Origin: Phenylobacterium sp.
Lineage (GTDB): Bacteria; Pseudomonadota; Alphaproteobacteria; Caulobacterales; Caulobacteraceae
Assembly (NCBI RefSeq): GCF_041919955.1
Contig: NZ_JAYRSU010000008.1
Span: 2,943 to 66,942, forward strand
Length of the DNA: 64,000 nucleotides
Direction: 5' to 3'
The translations under genes were made by a program, and so were the position numbers. Within the stretch, counting starts at the first letter, position 1. Each line of letters opens with the position of its first letter. This document shows, one piece after another, positions 28,773 to 40,000 of the stretch. A model generated the notes under the pieces. It worked only from the letters and a program-made list of their open reading frames with translations. It had not been told where the DNA came from and searched no databases.

Positions 28773-28843
28773 GAAAACTCCGGGAAGGACACGGCCCGCG
28801 AGCGGCGATGCGGCGGCTCGCGGGCCTGGTAAAGGCTCTCAGA

Positions 28844-31800
28844 TCAGAAGCTCTTGCTGACCTGCGCGAACCAGTAGCGCCCACGATTGCTGTAGAGCTT
28901 GGTGAAATAGCCGAACGTCTCGTCGGCCAGCGGCGGGTCCTTGTCGGCGATATTGTTCACGCCGACCCGGAAGGCGACGCCGGCCAAGGCCCCCTCTTCC
29001 GGCGCATAGCCGACGGCCGCGTTGAAGGTCAGCCAATCGTCGCCTTTGTAGAGCAGGGCCGAGGAGTCCTTCACCGCCCCGACATAGCGGGCGTAGCCGG
29101 ACACTTCCCACGGACCAGACGACCAGGTGACATAGGCTTGGCCGCGGGTGCGGGGATTGTCGTCCTGCTCGATCAGCGAGCCGCCTGCGCTGGCCGGCAG
29201 GCCGGCGGCCAGAAGCGCGGCCGCCTCGGCCGAGGGCGTCTGGTCGAACTTCTGCAGCAGGGCGACATCGAGGCCCAGGCGGAAGTCGCCGAAGTCCGTA
29301 CCGTCGATGCGCCAGGTCGCGCCCAGGTCGATGCCCTCGATGGTGCGGGAGTCGAGATTGAGGAACTGGTTGGCGATGCGGACCGGCTCGCCCAGCGCAT
29401 TGCGGGTGAGAGCCGGGTTCGGCCCCGAACCGCCGAGCCGGCCGATGGCGTCGAGGTTCAGGTGGTCCTGCGACTCGAACACCCCGACCACGCCCTCCTG
29501 CTCGATGCGCCACCAGTCGACGGAGAACAGGAGGTCAGGCGTCGGCGTAAAGACGATGCCGGCGCTGAAGTTTTCGCTGGTCTCGGACTTGAGCGCCCGG
29601 TTGCCGGCCCGCACGTCCTCGACATTGAACCGATAGGTCGAACAGGCGGAGCGGTTGAGGTTGGCGAACTGCGTAACGCCCTGGGCCACCGCGCAGGCGT
29701 AGTAGTCGGTGAGGTTCTCCTGCACGCGACGGATCTCGGACGCGTTCACCGTCTCGAGGTTCGGCGCGCGGAAGCCCTGGGAATAAGCGGCCCGCACCAG
29801 GAGATAGTCGTTCAGCCGCCAACCCAGCGCCGCCTTCGGGCGGACGATCTGCTCGTCGATGTCGGAATAGTCCTCGAAGCGTGCGGCCAGCTGCAGGTCC
29901 AGGCTGCGGACGAACGGGATGTCGGCCTCTTCGGGGATCAGCTTTGTCTGAAGTTCCGCATACGCCGAGAACACCTTGCGCGAGCCGGACGTATCGGGCG
30001 TCGGGCTGGACCCCATCGCGTCGCTCGTCGGCCCGCCGGAGGTCGCGAAAGTGATCGTGCCATCGATCCGCGGGTCGCGGTCGTCCTTGAAGGTCTCGCG
30101 CCGCCATTCAGCGCCGAAGGCCAGACCGACGTCGCGGCCGGCGAGGGTGAAGGCCTGGGGATTGCTGATCTTGGCGTCCCACAGCGCCAGGCTGGTGGTC
30201 CCATCGCGGGTGATGCTGACCCGCAGCGGATCGACCACCGCGGCCGGGTTCAGGGTCGCGTCGAAGCCGCCCGGATTGGCCAGGTTCCCGCCGTTGAAGG
30301 GATTGTAGGCGCGTGCGGGGTCGCTGCTGTTCAACGCCGCCTGGAGGGCGGTGTTGCTGACGCGGTTGCTTTCGACGTCCTTGGTGCGAGCGTGCGAGTA
30401 GAGCAGCGCGCTCTCCCACGCCCAGCCGCCCAGCTTGCCGCGCACGCCGCTCAGCAGGCGGTAGGCGTCGGAGTCCACGTCGATCCGGCGGCGACCGACA
30501 TCGTCGACGCGCAACCCGACCACGGTGATGGCCTGGGCCGGCCCCGTATATCCCGCCAGTCGCCCAGGGCCGGAGCCGAACGGATTGTAGGGGTTGTTCG
30601 CCCCGATGCTCAGCGGCGCGGAGGTCAGATTCGTAGTGCCGCCGCGGACAGAGCTCGACGTCGCGCCATAGTAGAGCGCCTGGCCGAACCACTCGACACC
30701 GCCGAAGTCATGGCTGGCCACCGCCATCAGGCTGTAGCGGTCGGAGCTGGGCGACATGGTGCGCTCAGGCCCCTCGTCGGTGCGCAGGGTTCCGTCCAGG
30801 GTTGTGGAGCCACCGTCGATACAGACGCTCCCGCCAAGCTGAGCGTCGGAACCGGTGTAGGAACAGGGCTGGATATGAAACGCCGTGAACGACGGTCCAA
30901 AGCCGGTCACGGCGGTCCCGACCCGGCCAGTCAGCCAAGGCGTGAGGCTCGATCGGTTGTCGAAGCTGCCGGCGTACTGCGCTGAAACACGGCTGCTGAG
31001 GTTGTCGGTCGCCGCATAGTCGCGATCGCTGGCGGGCATGTCGGTGCGGCTGAAGTACTCCCCGAACAGCGCGACGTGCGTGGCGCCGTCGTTGAAGCGT
31101 GCGCCCCACTTGGCGCCGAGCGAGGCCTCGGTGAGGTTCGTGCCCTCCGATCCGCCATAACGGGCGACGACCTCGGCGCCGACATAGCCGTCGTCCAGAA
31201 CGTTGTTCAGCACGCCGGCGACAGCGTCGGAGCCGTAGAGCGCCGCCCCGCCGTCCCGCAGGACCTCCAGGCGCTTCAGGGCCGTGGCCGGGATGGTGTT
31301 GAGGTTGACCACCTGGACCGGGACCGAGCCTTCCTGCTGGGTGCCGGGGTGAGCGACCATGCGCCGCCCGTCCAACAGCACCAGCGTGTTGCCAGAACCG
31401 AGCCCGCGCAGGTTCGCCGACGCCACGTCGCCGCGAGCCTGATTGGGGCCCTGCTGCTCGTTGTTGAACGCCTGCCCGCCAGACTGCGGCAGAGCGGCGA
31501 TCATTTCACCCGCCGTGACCGCCCCGCTCATCTCGAGTTCGCTACGATCCACCACCGAGACCGGCAACAGGCCCCGCTCGGTGACGCCGGCGATGTTCGA
31601 GCCGACCACCACGATCTCCTCGATCTCGGCGGGCGCGACGTTCTCCACCGTCCCGGAAGGTGCGACCGGCGCAGCCGCTGTCGACACCTTGCTGACCGTA
31701 GCCGGCGCCGGCGCGCGTTCGATGACGATGGTGCGGCCGCTTTCGCGCGAGCGAAGAGGCTGGCCGGCCAGCAGCCGTTGGACCGCCGCGGAAACGGCCA

Positions 31801-32023
31801 GGTCCCCTTGAATCGCCGGCGCACGCCGCCCATCGACCAGGGCAGGATCGAACAGCACCTCGCGTCCGGCCTGTACGCCAAGCGTGCGCAGAGCCGCGCC
31901 GAGGTCCTGGGCGGGAATGTCGAACTGCGCGCGCACGGGCGCTTGGGCCCAAGCCGCCGATCCGACCAGCGCGACAGCCGCCGAGCTGGCCAAGGCCATG
32001 GTCCTGAGATGATGAACTTGCAT
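28844..32023 (-). CDS. TonB-dependent transducer with N-terminal STN signalling domain
   Basis: FDIPAQDLGAALRTLGVQAG (STN), EEIVVVGS, RLEVLRDGGAALYGSDAVAGV, C-terminal RYWFAQVSKSF. ATG 32023; the ORF-track extension upstream is spurious. Confidence 0.95.
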   Translation of the reverse strand: MQVHHLRTMALASSAAVALVGSAAWAQAPVRAQFDIPAQDLGAALRTLGVQAGREVLFDPALVDGRRAPAIQGDLAVSAAVQRLLAGQPLRSRESGRTIVIERAPAPATVSKVSTAAAPVAPSGTVENVAPAEIEEIVVVGSNIAGVTERGLLPVSVVDRSELEMSGAVTAGEMIAALPQSGGQAFNNEQQGPNQARGDVASANLRGLGSGNTLVLLDGRRMVAHPGTQQEGSVPVQVVNLNTIPATALKRLEVLRDGGAALYGSDAVAGVLNNVLDDGYVGAEVVARYGGSEGTNLTEASLGAKWGARFNDGATHVALFGEYFSRTDMPASDRDYAATDNLSSRVSAQYAGSFDNRSSLTPWLTGRVGTAVTGFGPSFTAFHIQPCSYTGSDAQLGGSVCIDGGSTTLDGTLRTDEGPERTMSPSSDRYSLMAVASHDFGGVEWFGQALYYGATSSSVRGGTTNLTSAPLSIGANNPYNPFGSGPGRLAGYTGPAQAITVVGLRVDDVGRRRIDVDSDAYRLLSGVRGKLGGWAWESALLYSHARTKDVESNRVSNTALQAALNSSDPARAYNPFNGGNLANPGGFDATLNPAAVVDPLRVSITRDGTTSLALWDAKISNPQAFTLAGRDVGLAFGAEWRRETFKDDRDPRIDGTITFATSGGPTSDAMGSSPTPDTSGSRKVFSAYAELQTKLIPEEADIPFVRSLDLQLAARFEDYSDIDEQIVRPKAALGWRLNDYLLVRAAYSQGFRAPNLETVNASEIRRVQENLTDYYACAVAQGVTQFANLNRSACSTYRFNVEDVRAGNRALKSETSENFSAGIVFTPTPDLLFSVDWWRIEQEGVVGVFESQDHLNLDAIGRLGGSGPNPALTRNALGEPVRIANQFLNLDSRTIEGIDLGATWRIDGTDFGDFRLGLDVALLQKFDQTPSAEAAALLAAGLPASAGGSLIEQDDNPRTRGQAYVTWSSGPWEVSGYARYVGAVKDSSALLYKGDDWLTFNAAVGYAPEEGALAGVAFRVGVNNIADKDPPLADETFGYFTKLYSNRGRYWFAQVSKSF

Positions 32024-32094
32024 GCCGCGCCCCCTTTGATCCCTTCCCGCGCGATGCGGGTGTCCAGGCGAAGACGCCAAGGGGCCTTGGCCCC

Positions 32095-33093
32095 TCATCG
32101 CGGTGATGAAGTTTTTTTGTCGTGCGCGGCGCCGATCCGGACCGCGTCGGCGCCGGTCTCCACCGACACCGGATGCGTCAGCGGCAAGGCGCTCAGGAAG
32201 CCGCTGGTCTCCCCGGCATAGAAGACGCCGCTGACCTTCATGCGCGCCACCGCCGGGTCGGTGACGACGATCGGGGTCCGCCGATAGCGGTTCATCTCGG
32301 CCACTGCCTCGGCAAGCGTCGCGGAGGCGAATTCGATGCGCCCCTCGCGCCAGTCGCCCGCAACCGGGCCCGCGGGCCGCAGGATGGCGCTGCGACCGGA
32401 GACGTCGATGCGCTCGCCGGCCCGGACCTCCGAGATCCGCCCCTGGCCGGCGGCCTCCACCGCGACGCGGCCTTCGACGACGGCCACGCGCAGTCCCGTC
32501 TTCTCCAACCGCACATCGAAGGAGGTGCCGACCGCCGTCACCGTGTGCCGACCGGCCGCGACCACGAAAGGCCGGGAGGAGTCCTTGGCGACATCGAACC
32601 ACGCCTCGCCGGAGACGAGCTGAAGACCGCGCCGTCGGGCGGAATAGTCGACCTTGACCTCGGTGGCGGTGTTGAGCAGCAGGCGCGAGCCGTCGGCCAG
32701 GCTTACCGTCGCCCGTTCTCCCACGCCGGTCTTGTAGGTCTGAGGCGATCCTTCGCCGAAGCCTCTGTCGCGCAGCGCCATCAGGCCGAGGCCGCCCCCC
32801 GCCACGACCAGCGCCAGGGTCGCGGCGATCGCCGCCCAACGCCGCGTCGCGCCCTGGGGCCGGGCTGCGAGGGCCTCGGCCCGAAGCATCCTGAGAGTCT
32901 CCGAACCCGCCGCCTCGCCTGAAGCGGCCCACATTCGCTCCACGCTCTCGAACGCCTCGCGATGAGCAGGCGAGGCCTCCAGCCACGCTTCCAGGTCGTG
33001 GGCGTCGGCCACGCCCCAGTTGGCCGAGCGCCGCGCGAGGAAGAGCCGCGAGGCGGCTTCATAGGGATCGATCGCGGTCGTGGTGCGGCTCAT
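32095..33093 (-). CDS. FecR-family anti-sigma factor
   Basis: AWLEASPAHREAF; TGVGERATVSLADGSRLLLN; GEAWFDVAKDSSRPFVV; WREGRIEF. ATG 33093 overlaps the sigma stop codon. Confidence 0.93.
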   Translation of the reverse strand: MSRTTTAIDPYEAASRLFLARRSANWGVADAHDLEAWLEASPAHREAFESVERMWAASGEAAGSETLRMLRAEALAARPQGATRRWAAIAATLALVVAGGGLGLMALRDRGFGEGSPQTYKTGVGERATVSLADGSRLLLNTATEVKVDYSARRRGLQLVSGEAWFDVAKDSSRPFVVAAGRHTVTAVGTSFDVRLEKTGLRVAVVEGRVAVEAAGQGRISEVRAGERIDVSGRSAILRPAGPVAGDWREGRIEFASATLAEAVAEMNRYRRTPIVVTDPAVARMKVSGVFYAGETSGFLSALPLTHPVSVETGADAVRIGAAHDKKTSSPR

Positions 33094-33614
33094 CCCTGGC
33101 TCCCGCGCCTGGCCAGATGGGCCAGGGCCTTGATCATGTGCTTCTCGATTGCGCTTACCGAGACTTGCAGCCTGCGCGCGATCTGGGCGTAGCTCATCTC
33201 CTCGAACCTGTGGAGCGTGAAGACCACGCGCGTGCGCTCGGGCAACTCGTGCAAAGCCCGCTCGACCACCCGCAATTGCTCCTGACCGAGGAACATGCGC
33301 TCCGGCGAGAAGTCGGCCTCGGCGTGCAGCCGCTCGTCGAACAGCGCGTGGGTTCCCCCGCGGCGTGCGGCCCGGCGGAAGCTGTCGTTCAGCACGCTGG
33401 CCGCAACCGTGAAGAGATAGTTCTCCGGCGCCTCCAGCGTCGCGCCCTTGCGGGCGGCGAGCCGCAGGAACACTTCCTGCACCATGTCGTCGATGTCGGC
33501 GGCCGAGCGGACACGCGCACGAAAATAGCGCGCGAGCGGCGCGGCGTACCGGCGCGCCATCTCGTCCACGTTCGCATCGCCCTTCGGCGCCATGTCCTCG
33601 GCTCCAACCGCCAT
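33090..33614 (-). CDS. ECF sigma-70 factor (FecI-like)
   Basis: DIDDMVQEVFLR; LHELPERTRVVFTLHRFEEMSYAQIARRLQVSVSAIEKHM. Confidence 0.93.
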   Translation of the reverse strand: MAVGAEDMAPKGDANVDEMARRYAAPLARYFRARVRSAADIDDMVQEVFLRLAARKGATLEAPENYLFTVAASVLNDSFRRAARRGGTHALFDERLHAEADFSPERMFLGQEQLRVVERALHELPERTRVVFTLHRFEEMSYAQIARRLQVSVSAIEKHMIKALAHLARRGSQG

Positions 33615-33835
33615 TGTAGACGGCGCCCGCGCGCCTTCCCTCAGCGGACACTCGAAAAAAGTAGACGCTTGTCGATCAGCCGACCCAAGACTTCAGCGGA
33701 GGAAGGCGGGCGATCCTCCCCTCGCGGAACCTCGCGAGCATCGCTAGGGTGGAGAACAGTTCGCGCCAAACCGCGGGACCCGCCAGGGGTCGTGTCGGCC
33801 CGCGACCGACTTCAGTGACCCGAGGCAGGCCCGCC

Positions 33836-34171
33836 ATGATTCAGCCAGGTGCGACGTTCAAGGAAAACCTTCAGCAAATCCCCTCGGTGGACGGCGTGCG
33901 GCGCATCGACCTCGTGGACCGCAACGGGGACGTGGTCGGCTGCATTGAGAACCAACCAGGCAAGCAGGGCTCGCTAGCCGTATACCAGTACCTCAAGCAG
34001 ACCTTCGGCGCCCTGGACGGAACCGCGGCCGAGCATGGCCTGGCCGTGTTCGCTGAACATACGGCTGACGCGCGCAACCGCCCGGGCGCGCACCCGAACG
34101 TCGACCGTCTTCTGGAGATCGCCGCCGGCGGGGACCCGCTGCAGGTCGAGATCGTCGCCGACAGCCGCTGA
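33836..34171 (+). CDS. DUF2322 family protein
   Basis: IENQPGKQGSLAVY...FAEHTADARNRPGAHPNVDRL. Confidence 0.85.
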   Translation: MIQPGATFKENLQQIPSVDGVRRIDLVDRNGDVVGCIENQPGKQGSLAVYQYLKQTFGALDGTAAEHGLAVFAEHTADARNRPGAHPNVDRLLEIAAGGDPLQVEIVADSR

Positions 34172-34338
34172 TCCGGCGGTCTAAGTGCCAGCGAGGAAGA
34201 CCCCGCTCGCGCTGCACTGATCCCTTTTCGATCATGGCGGCCGGCTGTTCGTCACGCGCGCGTCATGCACAGCTTGCCTTCACCTTCTCAATCTAGGATC
34301 AGGACCACCCGAGCAAAGATCGACCGAACGGAACCGCC

Positions 34339-35679
34339 TTGCGTACCGCCATTGTCCATCCCGGAGCCGACAACCTCCGCTACGAAATCCGCCAGATCGT
34401 CGAAGTCGCCAAGGCCATCGCGGCCGCAGGCCAGCCGATCCGCTGGGAGAACATCGGCGACCCGGTCGCTAAGGGCGAGCGGCCGCCGGCCTGGATCAAG
34501 GAGATCGTCGGCGAGGTGGCTCGGGACGACCTGAGCTTCGCCTATTCGCCGACTAAGGGCCTCGACGAGACCCGCGCCTACATCGCGAACGAGCGGAACC
34601 TGGAGGGCGGCATCCAGATCACCGCCGAGGACATCCTGTTCTTCAACGGCCTGGGCGACGCCATCTCAACCATCTACGGCGCGCTGCATCCGACCGCCCG
34701 GGTGATCGGGCCGAACCCGGCCTATCCGACCCACTCGTCCGCCGAGGCCGCTCACGCGGGCCTGCCGCACATCACCTATCGCCTGGATCCGCAAGCCGGC
34801 TGGAGGCCGGACCTGGAGGACCTGGAGACCAAGGTCGCCGCCAATCCGCAGATCGCGGCGATCCTGATCATCAACCCCGACAATCCGACCGGCTTCGTCT
34901 ATCCGCAGGAGACCCTGGCGGCGATCGTCGATATCGCCCGCCGCTACGGCCTGTTCCTGATCTCGGACGAGATCTACTCGAACCTAGCCTACGCCGGCTC
35001 CGGCATGCACAAGCTGGCCTCGGTGATCGGCGAGGTGCCGGCCATCGCCATGCGCGGCATCTCCAAGGAATTCCCCTGGCCCGGCGCGCGCTGCGGCTGG
35101 ATCGAGATTTATAATCGCGACCAGGACGCCGACTTCGACCGCTTCGCCCGTTCGCTGCTTGAGACCAAGATGCTGGAGGTCTGCGCCACAACCCTGCCCC
35201 AGCGGGTGCTGCCGAAGGTGATGGGCGATCCGCGCTACTATCCGTATCTGGAAGAGCGCGTAGCGGCCTACGACCGTCGCGCCAAGCGTGCGGCCGAAGT
35301 GCTGTCGGCCATTCCGGAGATCGCCATCCACCCGGCCCGCGGCGCCTTCTACATGACTGCGGTCTTCCGTCACGGCGCGCTGAACCTGGATCAGTCGCTG
35401 CCGGCGACTCCCAGCGCCTCGGCGATCATCGCCCCACATCTCAGCCCGGCGCTCGACCAGAGGTTCGTGCTGCACCTGCTGGCGAACACCGGAATCTGCG
35501 TGGTGCCGCTCTCGACTGGCTTCAACTCTGACCTCCAGGGCTTCCGCTTCACCCTGCTCGAGGCCGACGAGGCGAAGTTCGAAATCCTGCTGACCGATCT
35601 GGCCGCCGCCTTGCGCGCCTACCTGGCGAGCGCCGCCTCGACGGGGAACGTCACGCGGCCGAACGTCACGGCCGCGTAG
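34339..35679 (+). CDS. PLP-dependent aminotransferase class I/II (AlaA-like)
   Basis: NIGDP, INPDNPTG, SDEIY, ISKEFPWPGARCGW. TTG start. Confidence 0.9.
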   Translation: MRTAIVHPGADNLRYEIRQIVEVAKAIAAAGQPIRWENIGDPVAKGERPPAWIKEIVGEVARDDLSFAYSPTKGLDETRAYIANERNLEGGIQITAEDILFFNGLGDAISTIYGALHPTARVIGPNPAYPTHSSAEAAHAGLPHITYRLDPQAGWRPDLEDLETKVAANPQIAAILIINPDNPTGFVYPQETLAAIVDIARRYGLFLISDEIYSNLAYAGSGMHKLASVIGEVPAIAMRGISKEFPWPGARCGWIEIYNRDQDADFDRFARSLLETKMLEVCATTLPQRVLPKVMGDPRYYPYLEERVAAYDRRAKRAAEVLSAIPEIAIHPARGAFYMTAVFRHGALNLDQSLPATPSASAIIAPHLSPALDQRFVLHLLANTGICVVPLSTGFNSDLQGFRFTLLEADEAKFEILLTDLAAALRAYLASAASTGNVTRPNVTAA

Positions 35680-35692
35680 CGTTCCCAGCGCC

Positions 35693-37054
35693 TCAGGCGC
35701 CGAGCGCCTTGAAGACGTCGATCCGCACCGAGCCGAGACGCTGCGCCGACAGGGCCAGATCCGTGCGCGCCGCGACCAGGTCCCGCTGGGCCGTGAGCAG
35801 TTGCAGGAACGAAATCTCGCCCACCCGGTAGCGATGGTCCGCCAGCTGATAGGCGGCTTCGGCCCGCCTCGACGCCTCGGCGAGCGCCAGATTGCGGTCG
35901 GACTCAGCGCCATAAAGGGCGAGCGACCGCTCTACGTCCTTCAGCGCGCCCAGCACCGCACCGTCGAACAGGGCCAGCGAGACCTGGTTCTGCGCGCGGG
36001 CCTGGGCCAGCCGCGCTCGGGCCGCGACGATGTTGGGGAAGTTCCAGGACACCACCGGCCCAACCGAGAACGTCGTCCCCCTTGCACTGGCCAGCTCGCC
36101 TCCAGCGTCCTCAAGCCCCGCCCCCAGCGAGATGCGCGGATAGAGGTCGGCGGTCGCCACGCCGATGCGGGCGGCGTCGGCGGCCAGCCGCCGCTCGGCT
36201 TCGCGCACGTCCGGACGACGGCGCAGCAGGCCGGCGCCGTCACCGACCGGCAAGACCGCCTGCGTCCGGGGCGGACGGACGCAGGCGGTCGCCTCGGCCG
36301 GCGCCTCGGCAGGGGGAACGCCGATCAGGGCGGCCAGGCCGAAGAGGGAGGCCTTGCGCTGGGCCTCGATGGGAGCGACGAGCGCCCGGGCGTTGGCGAC
36401 GTCGGTGGCGGCCTGCTCGACCTCCAGCCGCGACGCCGCGCCGGCGCTTTCCTGGGCGGTGACGAGCTTCAGGCTGTCTTGCGCGACCGCCAGGGCCGAA
36501 CGCGACGCCGCGGCGGCGTCCGCAAAGGCGCAGGCGTCGGCATAGGCGCGCGCGGTCTCCGCCGCGACGGTGACGCGAACCTGATCACGAACCGCCGCCA
36601 CTGCGTCCGCATCGGCCTTGGCCGCGGCGATGGTCGACGAGAGGCGACCGAAGAGATCGACCTCCCAGTTCATCGAGAACCCGGCGCTCCGGACCCAGTC
36701 CTCGCGGCCCTGGCCTTGTGGATCGCCATTGCCATAGCGCGCCTGGGCCGACACCGTGGTCAGCGGCGGCCGCTCGCCCCGCGCTCCGCGCAGAACGGCC
36801 TGCGCACGCAGGAGGTTGGCGTTGGCTGCGCGCAAATCCGTGTTGGCCGCCAACGCCCGCTCGATCAGGGCCTCCAGCACCGGGTCGTGGTAGAGCCGCC
36901 ACCAGTCGGCGACGGGCTCGGCCCCGGTGGTGTCGGCCGGCATGGTCTGGAAGGGACCGGTCGCCGCGGCGACCGGCGCCTGGACGCTCCGCCCGCCTGC
37001 CGAGGCGCAGGCGCTGGTCAGCAGGGCCAACGTCAGGACGATCAGCTTACGCAT
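35693..37054 (-). CDS. RND efflux outer-membrane lipoprotein (NodT/OprM family)
   Basis: Lipobox LTSAC; WEVDLFGRL; LLRRRPDVREAERRL; FKALG. Confidence 0.93.
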   Translation of the reverse strand: MRKLIVLTLALLTSACASAGGRSVQAPVAAATGPFQTMPADTTGAEPVADWWRLYHDPVLEALIERALAANTDLRAANANLLRAQAVLRGARGERPPLTTVSAQARYGNGDPQGQGREDWVRSAGFSMNWEVDLFGRLSSTIAAAKADADAVAAVRDQVRVTVAAETARAYADACAFADAAAASRSALAVAQDSLKLVTAQESAGAASRLEVEQAATDVANARALVAPIEAQRKASLFGLAALIGVPPAEAPAEATACVRPPRTQAVLPVGDGAGLLRRRPDVREAERRLAADAARIGVATADLYPRISLGAGLEDAGGELASARGTTFSVGPVVSWNFPNIVAARARLAQARAQNQVSLALFDGAVLGALKDVERSLALYGAESDRNLALAEASRRAEAAYQLADHRYRVGEISFLQLLTAQRDLVAARTDLALSAQRLGSVRIDVFKALGA

Positions 37055-40000
37055 GGGCGGCCTCCGACAGCGCCTTGGCTCGCTCGCTTTGGGCTTCATG
37101 GCCATGGTCCTTGGCGATCAGGCTGTAGACGGTGGGCAGCACGAACAGGGTGAAGAGCGTGCCGACCAGCATGCCCATCACCACCACGATGCCGATGGCG
37201 AAGCGGCTGGCCGCGCCCGCCCCTGCCGCGAACAGCAGCGGCACCAGACCCGCCACCATGGCCGCGGTGGTCATCAGCACCGGCCGCATCCGCACGGCCG
37301 CGGCCTTGCGGATCGCCTCGGCGCGTCCCACCCCCTCGTGGCGCTGCATTTCGTTGGCGAAGCTCACCATCAGGATGCCGTGCTTGGAGATCAGGCCGAT
37401 CAGCGTCACCAGTCCGATCTGGGTGTAGATATTGAGGGTCGCGAAGCCGAGATAGAGCGGGACCAGGGCGCCGCAGATCGCCAGCGGCACGGTGACCAGG
37501 ATCACCAGCGGATCGCGCACGCTCTCGAACTGCGCGGCCAGCACCAGGAAGATGACGACCAGGGCGAAGGCGAACGAGACGGTCAGGCGATCACCCTCGG
37601 TCACGTACTGGCGACTGTCGGACAGCCAGTCGATCGAGGCGCCCGGCGGCAGGGGCTGAGCCTTCAGGAACTCCACCGCCTGCCCCATGGTGACGTTGGG
37701 CGCCAGTACTGCCGACAGCGTCGCCGAGTTCATCTGGTTGAACTGCGGCAGGCTGTTGGCCTGGGGATGCACCTCGATCCGCGCCACGGTCGCCAGCGGC
37801 ACGAGGTCGCCGCTGGCGGTCTTCACGTAGTACTGGGCGAGGTCTTCAGGCGAGACGCGCCGCTCGCGCGGGACCTGGGTGATCACGTCGTAGGAGCGGT
37901 CGCGCCAGTTGAAGCGGTTGACGTAGTTCTCGCCCACCAGCAGGGCCAGGGTGTCGGCGATGGCCTCCATGCTGACCCCCATCTCGCCGGCCTTGGCCCG
38001 ATCGATGGTGATGCGGGCCTCGGGGCTGTCGAAGGCCAGGTCGCTGTCGACGAAGGCGAACAGGCCGCTGCCCCACGCCGCGCCTTTCACCTTCTCCATC
38101 GCCGCATAGATCGCGGCGAAGTCCTCGGGCGAACGAATGACCATCTGCACCGGCAGTCCGCCGCTGCCGGCGGGCAGCGGCGCCGGCTGAAAGGCGGCGA
38201 CATAGACGCCCGTGACGCCGGCGCCCCGCGCGTTGAGCTGAGCCTGTACATCGTCCGCGCTGCGCTCGCGCTCGCCCCATTCCTTGAGGATCACCCCGCC
38301 GAAGCCGTTGTTGGCCCCGCCGGTTCCGCTCTCGAACCAGCTGCTCACGTATTCCGGCAGGTCGCGGAACATGTGCTCGACCTGATCGGCGTAGCGGGCG
38401 GTGTAATCGACGTTGGCGTACTGCGGCGCCTTGGTCTGGACGAAGACGAAGCCCTGGTCCTCCTGAGGCGCCAGTTCGCGACGGGCGCCGGCGAACAGCA
38501 CGACGATCGCCACCAGCACCATGCCGCCGACCAGCAGCACCGCGCCGCGGGCCTGCAGCGTGCGGCCGAGCAGGCGCTCGTAGCCGGCGGTCAGCGCGCC
38601 CATGCGGTGCTCGATGATCTTGGCAAAGCGGCCTTCCGACACGCGGTCGTTCAGCAGCCACGAACTCATCATCGGCGAAAGGGTCAGGGCGACGACGCCG
38701 GAAACCACCACCGACCCGGCCAGAGTGAACGCGAACTCGCGGAACAGCGCGCCGGTCAGGCCGCCCATCAGGCCGATGGGGGCGTAGACCGCCGCCAGGG
38801 TGATGGTCATGGCGATGACCGGACCGACGATCTCGCGCGCGCCGACCAGCGCCGCGTGGACCGGCGAAAGGCCCTCCTCGATGTGGCGGTGGATGTTCTC
38901 GACCACCACGATGGCGTCGTCGACTACGAGGCCGATGGCCAGCACCATGGCGAGCAGGGTCAGGAGATTCAGCGAGAAGCCGAAGGCCAGCATCAGGGCC
39001 GCCGTGCCGACCAGCGACAGCGGGATGGTGATCACCGGGATCGCCACCGCGCGGAACGAGCCGAGGAACAGGAAGATCACGACCACCACGATGACGACAG
39101 CCTCGACCAGGGTGTGCACTACCTCGGCGATGGAGGCGTTGACGAAGTGGGCCACGTCGAACTGGTTGAAGATCTTCATGCCGGGCGGGGCGACGCGCTG
39201 GATGTCGGGCAGCAGGTCCTTAACCGCCTTGACGATCTCCAGGGGATTGCCGTCGGGGGTCGGCGAGATGCCGATCCAGACCGAGCGGCGTCCGTCGGTC
39301 ATCGCCTGGGTGTCGTAGTTCTGGCCGCCCAGTTCCACGGTCGCGACGTCAGACAGCCGGATCATGCCGCCCGGGCCGCTGCGGATCACCATGTTGCGGA
39401 ACTCGTCGATACCGGTCAGGTCGGTGGCGGCGGTGATATTGATCAGGGTGTCGGCGCCCTTCAGCCGGCCGGGCGCGGCCTGCACGTTGTTGGCGCGCAG
39501 GGCGGCGGCGACCTCGCCGGCGGTCAGGCCGCGGGCGGCCAGCCGCGTGGGATCCAGCCAGACGCGCATGGCCAAGGATTGGGCCCCGCCGATCTCGACC
39601 GAGGCGACGCCCGGCACGGCGGTCACCAGCGGCTGGGCGACGCGGGTGACGAAGTCGGTGATCTGCGGAACAGTCAGGCTGTCGCTGACGAAGGCGACGT
39701 ACTGAACCGCGGCGGCCCCATCGGTGATCTTGGTGATGACCGGATCGGTGGCGCCCGGCGGCAGGCGGTACTTCACCTGCTGGATCTTGGCCAGGATCTC
39801 CGTCATCGACCGGTCGGCGTCGGCGTTGAGGACCAGCTTGGCCTTGATCTGGCTGCGGCCCTGGCTGGAGGTCGAGGTCAGGTACTCGATGCCGTTGGCG
39901 GTCGCGATCGCCTGGGCGATCGGCGTGGTCACGAAACCCTGCATGACGGTCTGGGTCGCGCCGGGGAAGCTGGTGTCGACCACGATGGTCGCGCTTTCCA

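Noticed and set aside
28844-32986. Apparent 1380-aa TBDR with a long N-terminal extension (likewise the 1001-aa GH20 ORF from 23046)
   Set aside because: The extensions overlap FecR or the TBDR in another frame; the true starts with signal peptides are at 32023 and 23859.
33660-33835. Riboswitch upstream of DUF2322
   Set aside because: GC-rich pairing is possible, but I could not match the conserved core of any known class.
35646-35676. Short tandem duplication GAACGTCACG at the aminotransferase 3' end
   Set aside because: Only two 10-bp copies in a non-conserved tail; no functional signal.
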